Positions 29,459 to 37,483 of a stretch of DNA of 64,000 bases are shown here, piece by piece. Source of the stretch: an uncultured Bacilli bacterium (lineage in GTDB: Bacteria > Bacillota_I > Bacilli_A > RF39 > UBA660); assembly GCA_934096555.1 (NCBI GenBank), contig CAKOMD010000004.1, positions 12,792 through 76,791 on the forward strand. Direction: 5' to 3'. Both the position numbers and the translations under genes were made by a program. The notes under the pieces were generated by a model. The model saw only the letters and a list, made by a program, of their open reading frames with translations, did not search any database and had not been told where the DNA came from. The first letter of the stretch is position 1. Each line of letters opens with the position of its first letter.

Positions 29459-29710
29459 TTCTATAATTATTTTTTTTGGATCTTCAAGAAGGGAACCACC
29501 AACAAAAGCAGCTAATACTGTCATTATTGTTGTATCTTTGCCTAGCCCTGAATTTATAGTATTACTTGCAGAATTAGCTGAAGTTGCTGTTCCTCCTGAT
29601 GTTAATTGCGCAGTTTGTTCTGGGTATGACAATGTTATTGTTGAAACACCGCCTATTGTGCTTGCCCCACCAAGTGAAGTTGATACCATTTTTATATCGT
29701 CATCATACAT
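29024..29710 (-). CDS. Polymorphic paralog A (228 aa): divergent G/S/T-rich N-half, conserved C-half
   Basis: The C-terminal 140 aa or so are nearly identical to paralogs B and C (EYDLIEKRANK...TPETAVICNEMFNNTFVDEYHLVLNIESLLLAVS...KKHQENKK). No signal peptide. Confidence 0.7.
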   Translation of the reverse strand: MYDDDIKMVSTSLGGASTIGGVSTITLSYPEQTAQLTSGGTATSANSASNTINSGLGKDTTIMTVLAAFVGGSLLEDPKKIIIESKNNIEYDLIEKRANKVYDKYHKNHIPSSQKGKGIIIAETPETAVICNEMFNNTFVDEYHLVLNIESLLLAVSGILDSKELVEEEKEQLENTKALLIELKAAYIEKKIITLSTKDNETLSFILNSFKKHQENKKNNAKKLIRKK

Positions 29711-29711
29711 T

Positions 29712-30155
29712 TTATGCTTTCTCCTTTTTCTTTATTAGTTTTTTGGCATTATTTTTTTTATTTTCTTGATGCTTTTTAAAACTATTTAATATAAATGATA
29801 AGGTTTCATTATCTTTGGTACTTAATGTTATTATCTTTTTTTCTGTATAAGCAGCTTTTAGTTCTATTAGTAAATCCTTAGTACTCTCTAATTGTTCTTT
29901 TTCTTTTTGAACTAATTCTTTACTATCTAGAATACCTGATACTGCTAGTAAAAGTGATTCTATATTTAATACTAAATGATATTCATCTACAAATGTATTA
30001 TTAAACATCTCATTGCATATAACTGCAGTCTCTGGTGTATAAGCAATTATTATACCTTTTCCCTTTTGATTACTTGGAATATGGCTTTTGTGATACTTAT
30101 CATATATTTTATTTGCTCTTTTTTCTATCAAATCATATTCAACATTATTTTTTGT
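29712..30155 (-). repeat. Copy 2 of the approximately 430-bp coding repeat
   Basis: See copy 1. Confidence 0.75.
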
Positions 30156-30419
30156 TTCCATTTTGATTACATATACTCCTGATGCTAATAATCCAGCTAA
30201 ACTTGTGGTTACAAGTCCAGACTTCGCACTATCTTCTCCTGCCAATGATTCCATTGACCCTTCAGATGAATTTATCGAACTTGATAGTCCTCCACCTGTT
30301 GTACCATTAACTGTTAATTCAATTGTTGTATCAGGGTGAAATAATGTTGTTGAAACTACTCCTGATATTGCACTAACGCCTAGTGATGAAGCCACTACTT
30401 CATCTGTATTGTCACGCAT
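29712..30419 (-). CDS. Polymorphic paralog B (235 aa)
   Basis: Same architecture as A. Its stop is followed by the ATG of A after 1 nt (TAA-A-ATG), and the extra C-terminal KKKEKA codons carry the RBS of A. Confidence 0.7.
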   Translation of the reverse strand: MRDNTDEVVASSLGVSAISGVVSTTLFHPDTTIELTVNGTTGGGLSSSINSSEGSMESLAGEDSAKSGLVTTSLAGLLASGVYVIKMETKNNVEYDLIEKRANKIYDKYHKSHIPSNQKGKGIIIAYTPETAVICNEMFNNTFVDEYHLVLNIESLLLAVSGILDSKELVQKEKEQLESTKDLLIELKAAYTEKKIITLSTKDNETLSFILNSFKKHQENKKNNAKKLIKKKEKA

Positions 30420-30553
30420 TTTATATCTCCTTTCTCACTATCAACTTTTTCATATTGATTTTTTTCTTTGTATTTTTTACAAATCATTTAATTTTTTTAA
30501 TTAAAGTTTTTGCATTTTTAAACAAAAATTTATTTTATACGTATTCTTTTTTC

Positions 30554-31576
30554 TTAAAATATCATTGATGTTTTAATTTTCATTCTGCTCTCATTAGTTA
30601 GTTTGTTTATTTTAACTATACTTTTCATTATCATTTTTAAATTGTCACTTAATATTTCTTCTTCTGAAATTATTATTTTACAATTTTCTTTGTTTTTAAT
30701 AAACTTTATGGCTTTTTCAATATACTTATTTATTAGATATTCTACATATTCTCTAAATTGTTGATCACATTCCATAGCCTTAATTATTATATCATAATCT
30801 GCCATTGATATAATTATATTAGTAATAAATTTATCATATAGTTCATAATTTTCATTATTTTTTTCTTTGTACAATGTATATACGTCTTTTAACGTTCCAT
30901 TTGAATTAAAGAAATTTTTTAGTACCTTATATTCTTCTAGTATTTCTGGATATTTTTTTACATAATTAGCTGTTCCAATGTAATATGTACCAAAATTGTC
31001 TAAAGCTATTTGATTCTTTCCATAATTAACTTCTAATGTTTCATTTAATAACTCTAATGTACTAATTATTTTTTCCACTGTTTCCTTTTTGCTTTTAAAG
31101 GCATCAACATTTGCTGCCTTTTTATATCCTACTAATAAACTATTAATTTCATTTAATGAAACTTTGTAGTTATTCTTTAACTTCTTTCCTATAAATAATT
31201 TTGCCTTAATACCAAGATTTATTTTATCTGGTGGTAACTTCAAATATGATAGATATGTTATATATTCCATCATAGTCATAATGTGATTATAGTTATAAAA
31301 ATCTTGTTTTTTTGTACTTTCAAATGGTTTTATGTGCTCTATTTCATGACATATTGTATTATATATATAAAATAATTTGTCTTCATGTGACATATCTTTA
31401 AACTTAAATAGATTTATCGTTATTCTATATTTTCCTTCGCCAACATTTGGAAGCATACTTCCCGATTCCTTTAGCATTGGATTATACACCACATTTAATG
31501 AGACGTTGTCTATGTTTTCTCTTTTTGTTTCAATATTAAATACCTCATAGCAATAATCTTTATAAATATTATTCAT
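30554..31576 (-). CDS. HExxH-motif protein, putative zinc metallopeptidase of undetermined family
   Basis: 340 aa with the single motif NTICHEIEHIK about 85 residues from the N-terminus. No signal peptide. Sits between paralogs C and B. Confidence 0.45.
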   Translation of the reverse strand: MNNIYKDYCYEVFNIETKRENIDNVSLNVVYNPMLKESGSMLPNVGEGKYRITINLFKFKDMSHEDKLFYIYNTICHEIEHIKPFESTKKQDFYNYNHIMTMMEYITYLSYLKLPPDKINLGIKAKLFIGKKLKNNYKVSLNEINSLLVGYKKAANVDAFKSKKETVEKIISTLELLNETLEVNYGKNQIALDNFGTYYIGTANYVKKYPEILEEYKVLKNFFNSNGTLKDVYTLYKEKNNENYELYDKFITNIIISMADYDIIIKAMECDQQFREYVEYLINKYIEKAIKFIKNKENCKIIISEEEILSDNLKMIMKSIVKINKLTNESRMKIKTSMIF

Positions 31577-31602
31577 TTTATATGTTCTCCTTTTTTCTTT
31601 TA

Positions 31603-32010
31603 TTAATTTTTTTGCATTATTTTTTTATTTTCTTGATGTTTTCTGAAACTATTTAATATAAATAATAATGTTTCATTATCTTTAGTACCCAATGTTATTA
31701 TCTTTTTTTCTGCATATGCCGCTTTTAATTCTATTAATAATTTTTTTGTTTTTTCTAGTCTTTCTTTTTCTTCTACAATTAATTCTTTAGTATCTAAAAT
31801 ATTTGATACTGCTAGTAAAAGTGATTCTATATTTAATACTAAATGATATTCATCTACAAATGTGTTATTAAACATTTCATTACATATAACTGCAGTTTCT
31901 GGTGTATCAGCAATTATTATACCTTTTCCCTTTTGATTGCTTGAAATATGATTTTTATGATATTTATCATATATTTTATTTGCTCTTTTTTCTATAGCAT
32001 CATACTATAT
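31603..32010 (-). repeat. Copy 3 of the approximately 430-bp coding repeat
   Basis: See copy 1. Confidence 0.7.
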
Positions 32011-32268
32011 ATCATTTTTAGTTTTGTAATATAAAATATATCCAGGTTTTCCTTCTTTCATTCCTGTCATGCTAAAAGCAGACATCACTCCAAGTAGTTT
32101 GATAACTGAATCTTGTTTTGCAGTTTTCTCTCCGCCGTTTATTGAGATGATTGCTTTATCTAAACCCATTAAGGAGCCTACGCTGGTAGATGTCATTCCT
32201 GTTAACGTTATTGTTTGATATAAACTATCGTAAGAACCAGGCAAGATTTCCATATATTCATTTTTCAT
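31603..32268 (-). pseudogene. Polymorphic paralog C interrupted by an in-frame TAG at 32005-32007
   Basis: ORFs 32005-32268 and 31603-31875 share a frame. Reading through gives ...YYKTKNDI*YDAIEKRANKIYDKYHKNHISSNQKGKGIIIADTPETAVICNEMF.... The stop replaces the Glu of the NIEYD motif in A and B. Confidence 0.65.
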
Positions 32269-32269
32269 T

Positions 32270-32842
32270 TTATCTTACCATCTTTCTTACTTTAGTTTTT
32301 GGATTTTCTTTTGGCTCAATATTATCATCTTGTATCCCCATACTATTATAATTATTTATTATTTTTTCTGTCTGTATGTTATTATTTTGATATTTGCAAC
32401 TTGTATTTGTTAATTCACACAAAAGTTCTTTATCATATTGACTACAATTGTTTGAAATAGTTTTTGCTTTTTTTGCCTCTAGTAATTCTTCTTTTGCTGA
32501 TAACCTTATCCAATTATATCTTTGCAACATTACACAATAGGCATCTTTTAATAGCCATGCACTAAGTCCTATTAATGATAATGTTTTAAGATTTAATAGG
32601 TACATTAATACCAACAATGGTATACCTCTTATTAAATTGTTAGTATGTATTGCTCCATTATAAAATAAATATTTCTTAAAATCTTCTAATGAATTCAATT
32701 GATTTTTCTGAATATGATAATTTGTATTCTTTCCTTTATCTTTTCTGTGAACAATCTTTTCTAATTTAAATGCTGCTTTTCTAAATAACTTTACCCCAAG
32801 CAATTCGTAAATTTTCATTTCTATTTTTTGACTTTTTTTCAT
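32270..32842 (-). CDS. Membrane protein resembling the CrtO-like acyltransferase family
   Basis: YELLGVKLFRK near the N-terminus, two TM helices, then MLQRYNWIRL (compare VQRYNRPRL in staphylococcal CrtO). First gene after a consensus promoter. Confidence 0.35.
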   Translation of the reverse strand: MKKSQKIEMKIYELLGVKLFRKAAFKLEKIVHRKDKGKNTNYHIQKNQLNSLEDFKKYLFYNGAIHTNNLIRGIPLLVLMYLLNLKTLSLIGLSAWLLKDAYCVMLQRYNWIRLSAKEELLEAKKAKTISNNCSQYDKELLCELTNTSCKYQNNNIQTEKIINNYNSMGIQDDNIEPKENPKTKVRKMVR

Positions 32843-32872
32843 TCTTTTCCCCCTCTTTGAAAAACGCCTATT

Positions 32873-32901
32873 ATTTTACATAATTTGGTAATATTTGTCA
32901 A
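32873..32901 (-). promoter_or_regulatory. Consensus sigma-A promoter
   Basis: Minus strand reads TTGACA (32901-32896), exactly 17 nt, TAAAAT (32878-32873). The ATG at 32842 has a GAGGGGGAAAAG RBS. Confidence 0.65.
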
Positions 32902-32916
32902 GTATTTTTAATTAAA

Positions 32917-32941
32917 AACTAACGTTAGTTAAACGTTAGTT
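32917..32941. promoter_or_regulatory. Perfect 14-bp palindrome AACTAACGTTAGTT plus an extra half-site; putative operator
   Basis: aactaacgttagtt (32917-32930) followed by a-aacgttagtt (32932-41). Centred about 25-40 bp upstream of the -35 hexamer. Confidence 0.4.
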
Positions 32942-32944
32942 TGA

Positions 32945-33987
32945 TTATCTATTCCCTTTTCTTCCTTTTGATTCTACAATGGTTGCTAACTCTTTTTCTA
33001 CTTGTTCAGCAAATAATAGTTGAAGTTTTAATGTGTTATCAGTATCTATCTTAGGTATATTTCTTTTAGCCATGTTTTCATACATTTTCATATCATTATC
33101 TACTTTCTTAGTTGCTGCTCCAAGTATAACATAAATATTATCTTTTACATGTTTTAATACTATTCTTACTTGATCACTTTTTAGTTCTCTACATTTTTGG
33201 ATATTGGCATTATTAGTTAATGCTTTATATTCACCTGCTGATAGAGTACCTGTTTTAAAGCCATTAATTAGGTAATATACGGTATCATAATACTCTTGTG
33301 GTATATCATCTAAGTCAGCAATAAATTTTGACTTGTAGGATTAACTTCAGAAGCTAAATATATTAATCTATGTGTTTTTTTAACCTCTTGCTCTTCTTCT
33401 ACTAATTCTTCTTTGATATCTTCTGAATTTTCTTTTCTTTCACAAAAAGCATCCTAATATTTTCTTACTGATAAGAAGAAATTTAACTCGTTATAGTAAC
33501 ATTCTATCATATCTTTTCTATCCCTTATATTATGATAATTATCTTTATCTGTTAATAATTCATAGAAATAATATAATTCATTTTGACTAGCAATTATTGT
33601 TTTAATAATTATATATTTATATTCTTCATCATTAAATGTATGAGTTTTTTGTACTTCCAAGGAGTTAATAATTTCTTCCATCGTAGGATTACCCTTTTTA
33701 GTTTTTAAAACTTCATCTACAAATTTATCTAGTGTCTTACTTCTTCTATCATTTATTCTTGGAAGAGTAAATATTTCATATCCAGCATTTACTATATTAG
33801 GTATTTCATCATGTAAGTTCTTTGCATGTTTTTTCTCTATCCCATTACCTTCCTTTTTAGTAAGTAACAATCTATTATATTGTTCTATTTCATTCATATA
33901 TAATAGTTCTTCATATCTCTTTTTGTCATTTTTCTTAATATCAATATATTCTTTAAGTAATTCTATTATTTCTTCCTTGTATTACAT
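32945..33987 (-). pseudogene. Decayed gene of about 345 codons: TAA at codon 2, in-frame TAG at 33454-33456, 1-nt frameshift near 33320-33335
   Basis: GGTGGAG RBS, then ATG-TAA (33987-33982). The same frame stays open through track ORF 33454-33897. After the TAG it continues DAFCERKENSED...EVNPTSQN. A shifted frame then reads KFIADLDDIPQEYYDTVYYLINGFKTGTLSAGEYK...DQVRIVLKHVKDNIYVILGAATKK... to a stop at 32945. Confidence 0.5.
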
Positions 33988-34065
33988 TTTGCTCCACCTT
34001 CTAGTATAATTTTACTAAATTTTTATAATCTTGTCTAATCAAAAATAAAAAACGCTTATCATGCG

Positions 34066-35064
34066 CTATTTACTTTTTTTAAAGATACTGAAGATACTCT
34101 TTTTAGGAGATTCTTCTGTTTCTTCTTGTACTTTAATATATCCTAATTTTTCTAGAAGAGGTAATATATATTTACTTACATCTTCTTTATCGTTTAATGG
34201 GGGCATATTATAAAATACTTTTAAATCTGATTCTACTTCAAAATTAGCTATATCACTATTATTTAATAGACTCTTATTTAGTATTATATTCTTACCTTTT
34301 AACTCACCAAATATCTTAGGATTTATTAATGATAATTTGTTTAATTTAATAGTACTAGGCTCTATTAAATATAATACATCAGTACATATATGTTCCTTGT
34401 TAGTTCTGTTTAGATCTATAACAAAGGTATTTATACTGCTATATTTATTTATTGTATCTTCAAGGGCATCTTCTTTTATTGATAAACAATCCTTATCATG
34501 AAAGTATGTTAAATCCATTTTATTTAGTTCTATAGCCATAGTACTATAGTAATCACTTAATGTCTTTTTTAGTAGGTATACTAGTGTTGTCGCTCCTGCT
34601 GAATCAGTTACATTCTTAACTCCAAGTATTTTTTTAGCAGACAAACTGAGAGAAGCATTTGGTGTTTCTTCTACTTGGCTATCTATATCTTGATAGTGAG
34701 CTACATCTCTATAAATATTAGGATTAGTATATAGATACATTAGATCATTTGGTTCTTTAGTAAAGTTATATATTCCCATACTAACTAATTTAGATAAAAA
34801 TACTTTTGAATCACTTATTTGATCATCTTTATCCAGTAATAATATAACTTTATCCATATTAATACTCATTGATAATTTTTGTAAGTTATTTAAATCTTTA
34901 TAATCTTTAATAGCAGTTATATCTAAAAACATTTTATTAAAGAAATAATTCCCAAAAGTAGATATTATTTCATCTACTTCGTAGACTCCCTCTAATTTCT
35001 TAGATACCTCAATATTTAATGTATTTAGTATGTCACTATATTTGTTGGCTATTACTGTATCCAT
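34066..35064 (-). CDS. TadZ/CpaE-like ParA-fold protein with a degenerate P-loop
   Basis: N-terminal pseudo-receiver-like region of about 130 aa. Then ILGVKNVTDSAGATTLVYLL where KGGxGKTT is expected, and later FVIDLN / VLYLIEPS. Sits at the end of the Tad module. Confidence 0.45.
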   Translation of the reverse strand: MDTVIANKYSDILNTLNIEVSKKLEGVYEVDEIISTFGNYFFNKMFLDITAIKDYKDLNNLQKLSMSINMDKVILLLDKDDQISDSKVFLSKLVSMGIYNFTKEPNDLMYLYTNPNIYRDVAHYQDIDSQVEETPNASLSLSAKKILGVKNVTDSAGATTLVYLLKKTLSDYYSTMAIELNKMDLTYFHDKDCLSIKEDALEDTINKYSSINTFVIDLNRTNKEHICTDVLYLIEPSTIKLNKLSLINPKIFGELKGKNIILNKSLLNNSDIANFEVESDLKVFYNMPPLNDKEDVSKYILPLLEKLGYIKVQEETEESPKKSIFSIFKKSK

Positions 35065-35516
35065 TATCTATTTATCCTTTCTATTTTACGAGTTTCACCT
35101 GTTATTGGAACATTGAAGTTTAATTTAAAGAATGGAAGATTAATATTTATGTATGTTGTTACTTTATAATACTTACTTGTTACGCCATCATTTGTTGACC
35201 CTGAAGTTTCTTCAATGCAGTAACCTCTATCATAACAATGTACATTATCAGTATTACTATTTTTTATGTCTGCTAAATTTACATAATAGCTAACTGTGTT
35301 TAAGTATGTATTAATACTTCCAATTACAGATCCTTCTTTGGTATCTGTATAATCCGAATCATTTATTCCTTCATTCTGCTCTATGATATCTATTATTCTA
35401 TTTTTAACTCTAAAGGCTTTAGCATAGTTTAAGGCTACCGCTATAAAAGCTATATAGATGGCTAAAAATATTAACATTAACTTTATTGTAAAAGTTCCAC
35501 CAAATGCCTCTCTCAT
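35064..35516 (-). CDS. TadE-like pseudopilin
   Basis: MREAFGGTFTIKLMLIFLAIYIAFIAV: a short charged leader, Gly-Gly, then a hydrophobic helix. 150 aa, adjacent to the Flp-like gene. Confidence 0.45.
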   Translation of the reverse strand: MREAFGGTFTIKLMLIFLAIYIAFIAVALNYAKAFRVKNRIIDIIEQNEGINDSDYTDTKEGSVIGSINTYLNTVSYYVNLADIKNSNTDNVHCYDRGYCIEETSGSTNDGVTSKYYKVTTYININLPFFKLNFNVPITGETRKIERINR

Positions 35517-35544
35517 TTATATCACCTACTTTAATATTCTTAAA

Positions 35545-35727
35545 TTATTCGCATCTGCTTCCATTCCAAGTTTGTCCTTCAGGACATACGTTGTTAGCAT
35601 TTCCACCAAATGCATTATTGATAGTTTCAGTTATTTTTGGCCACATAAGTGCTAAAATACCACCAATTACTGCTACTGCTACAATAACTATTACTGTCAT
35701 TGATACTTCACCTGTTGCTTCTTTCAT
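35545..35727 (-). CDS. Flp-like small prepilin with a C-terminal Cys pair
   Basis: 60 aa, MKEATGEVSMTVIVIVAVAVIGGILALMW... ending CPEGQTWNGSRCE. GGTGA RBS. Immediately downstream of the TadB/C-like genes. Confidence 0.5.
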   Translation of the reverse strand: MKEATGEVSMTVIVIVAVAVIGGILALMWPKITETINNAFGGNANNVCPEGQTWNGSRCE

Positions 35728-35785
35728 CACTTTTCACCTTCTTTCATATATTATTTTTTTATTCTTTTCTATATATTTCTAATCT

Positions 35786-36577
35786 TTAGAAACTCATTAT
35801 CATAAAGATTGAAATCAGTAGTAATCCAAGAGATCCAAAACCTGTTACACACATCATAATCATGGTTTTTCTCTCCATAGTATCAAGTCTAGCCTGATAC
35901 TTCATTTCTCTTGATTTTGCTTGAAGAGATGATACTGATTTAGAGAAGGATACTAATTGTTGATGTTTCTTTTCTTGTTCTCCTAGTCCTAATCTATATA
36001 ATAATCTCATCATTCTCATTGAATCTCTTACTGGATATTCTTTAGCAAAATCCATATATGGATCTATTGAAGAATCTCCAGCCTCTATTCTTGCTACTAG
36101 TCTTTTTAATCCTGGTTTAAATACTTCAGGGGCATCATCTATACTTTTAGCTAAAGCTACTGGTACTGTATAGTGATGAACTAGTACTTCTAAACTTTTT
36201 AAGTAATATGGTAATAAGGAATCTATATAATTTAGATGTTTTTTATACCAACTTCTAAGAGAAGTATATTGCTGTTTATATACTAGATATCCTACTACAA
36301 TAGCGGCTATTACTGTTAAGTAACTCATTTGTGATAGGAATAAGAATATTAATGCAGCTGCAACAATAACGCCGTTTCTTATTCTTTTCATGAATACTTC
36401 ATTTGGGTCATATACTCTATCTCCATATTTAGCTATTAATAGAAAGTCATAATCCTTTTCTTTTAACAAATTACATAGTTTGTTATTATTACCAAAGATA
36501 CTATCTTTATCTATTTTTCCATTTACCATAAATATATATATTACTATTATGGCTATTATTAGCATTTCTATATACAT
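35786..36577 (-). CDS. TadC-like (T2SS-F family) polytopic membrane protein
   Basis: 263 aa with TM helices at the N-terminus, middle and C-terminus. Overlaps the preceding paralogous gene by 1 nt. Confidence 0.5.
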   Translation of the reverse strand: MYIEMLIIAIIVIYIFMVNGKIDKDSIFGNNNKLCNLLKEKDYDFLLIAKYGDRVYDPNEVFMKRIRNGVIVAAALIFLFLSQMSYLTVIAAIVVGYLVYKQQYTSLRSWYKKHLNYIDSLLPYYLKSLEVLVHHYTVPVALAKSIDDAPEVFKPGLKRLVARIEAGDSSIDPYMDFAKEYPVRDSMRMMRLLYRLGLGEQEKKHQQLVSFSKSVSSLQAKSREMKYQARLDTMERKTMIMMCVTGFGSLGLLLISIFMIMSF

Positions 36578-37482
36578 TATTCGGCACCTACATTCTCGTT
36601 ATAATATTTTTCTCCTGATAGAAGAAAATAACTATTTATTAAGACAATACCATGTATTAGTATTCGAATTAATGTATTATCAATCATAGATATATATGTT
36701 TCTTGTCCTATTAATATTTGAATAAGGGCTACCATTCCATATAGAGCTACTCCAAAGGTTAGAAATTGTTTATGGAAGTTTGCTCTATCTGTTCTATCTC
36801 GATATACGCCTTCTACTAAGATGTCTATATCTGATAACATGTTTTCAAATGTTTCTGCTGTATCCTTGGCACCCTCTTTAGTTACTTGTAGAAATAACTG
36901 ATGCATATTTTTTACCATATAATATGGATATTTGGTATCCATATATTTTATTGAATCATAGACATCACCTTTTTCATAAGATAGTGCTATCATTGTTTTT
37001 ACATCAGATAAAAGTGGTTCTTCAAGTATTCCTGATTCTACTACTCCCTCTAGTGATTTTACAAAGGCCTGAGTAGTAGCAAATTCCATTATGGTATTGG
37101 TGCAATATACTTGTACTTGTTCAAATATATATTCACTGTATTGTCTTTTGCATCTTAAATATGTTATGTATGGTATAAATGATACCGCTACTATGATATA
37201 TACTAATGATATCAAGATGTTATAGAAGTACAAATAACTTATGCCACCTGCTAATCCAGCAAAGGCTATTAGTTGAAATAGGTATTGTCTTGGAGTATAC
37301 TCTAGTCCTAGTTCTTTTACCTTTTCTCTCATTATTTTAAATGAGTATGGTTCTATTTTTTTATATGTATTTATAGCCTGCTGCGAGATAAACTTATATA
37401 CTGATTCTCCCTGCTTAGTACGATAAGATACTATAAATATTATTATTAAACCTATTAGGATGATTTCCACTTCTATCACCAC
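36577..37482 (-). CDS. TadB-like (T2SS-F family) polytopic membrane protein
   Basis: 301 aa with the same topology. Directly follows the ATPase gene. Confidence 0.5.
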   Translation of the reverse strand: MVIEVEIILIGLIIIFIVSYRTKQGESVYKFISQQAINTYKKIEPYSFKIMREKVKELGLEYTPRQYLFQLIAFAGLAGGISYLYFYNILISLVYIIVAVSFIPYITYLRCKRQYSEYIFEQVQVYCTNTIMEFATTQAFVKSLEGVVESGILEEPLLSDVKTMIALSYEKGDVYDSIKYMDTKYPYYMVKNMHQLFLQVTKEGAKDTAETFENMLSDIDILVEGVYRDRTDRANFHKQFLTFGVALYGMVALIQILIGQETYISMIDNTLIRILIHGIVLINSYFLLSGEKYYNENVGAE

Positions 37483-37483
37483 C

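Noticed and set aside
29024-32010. The three approximately 430-bp repeats as IS elements, MITEs or a CRISPR-like array
   Set aside because: All three copies are in-frame coding sequence for the same protein module. They have no terminal inverted repeats, no transposase and no short regular spacers.
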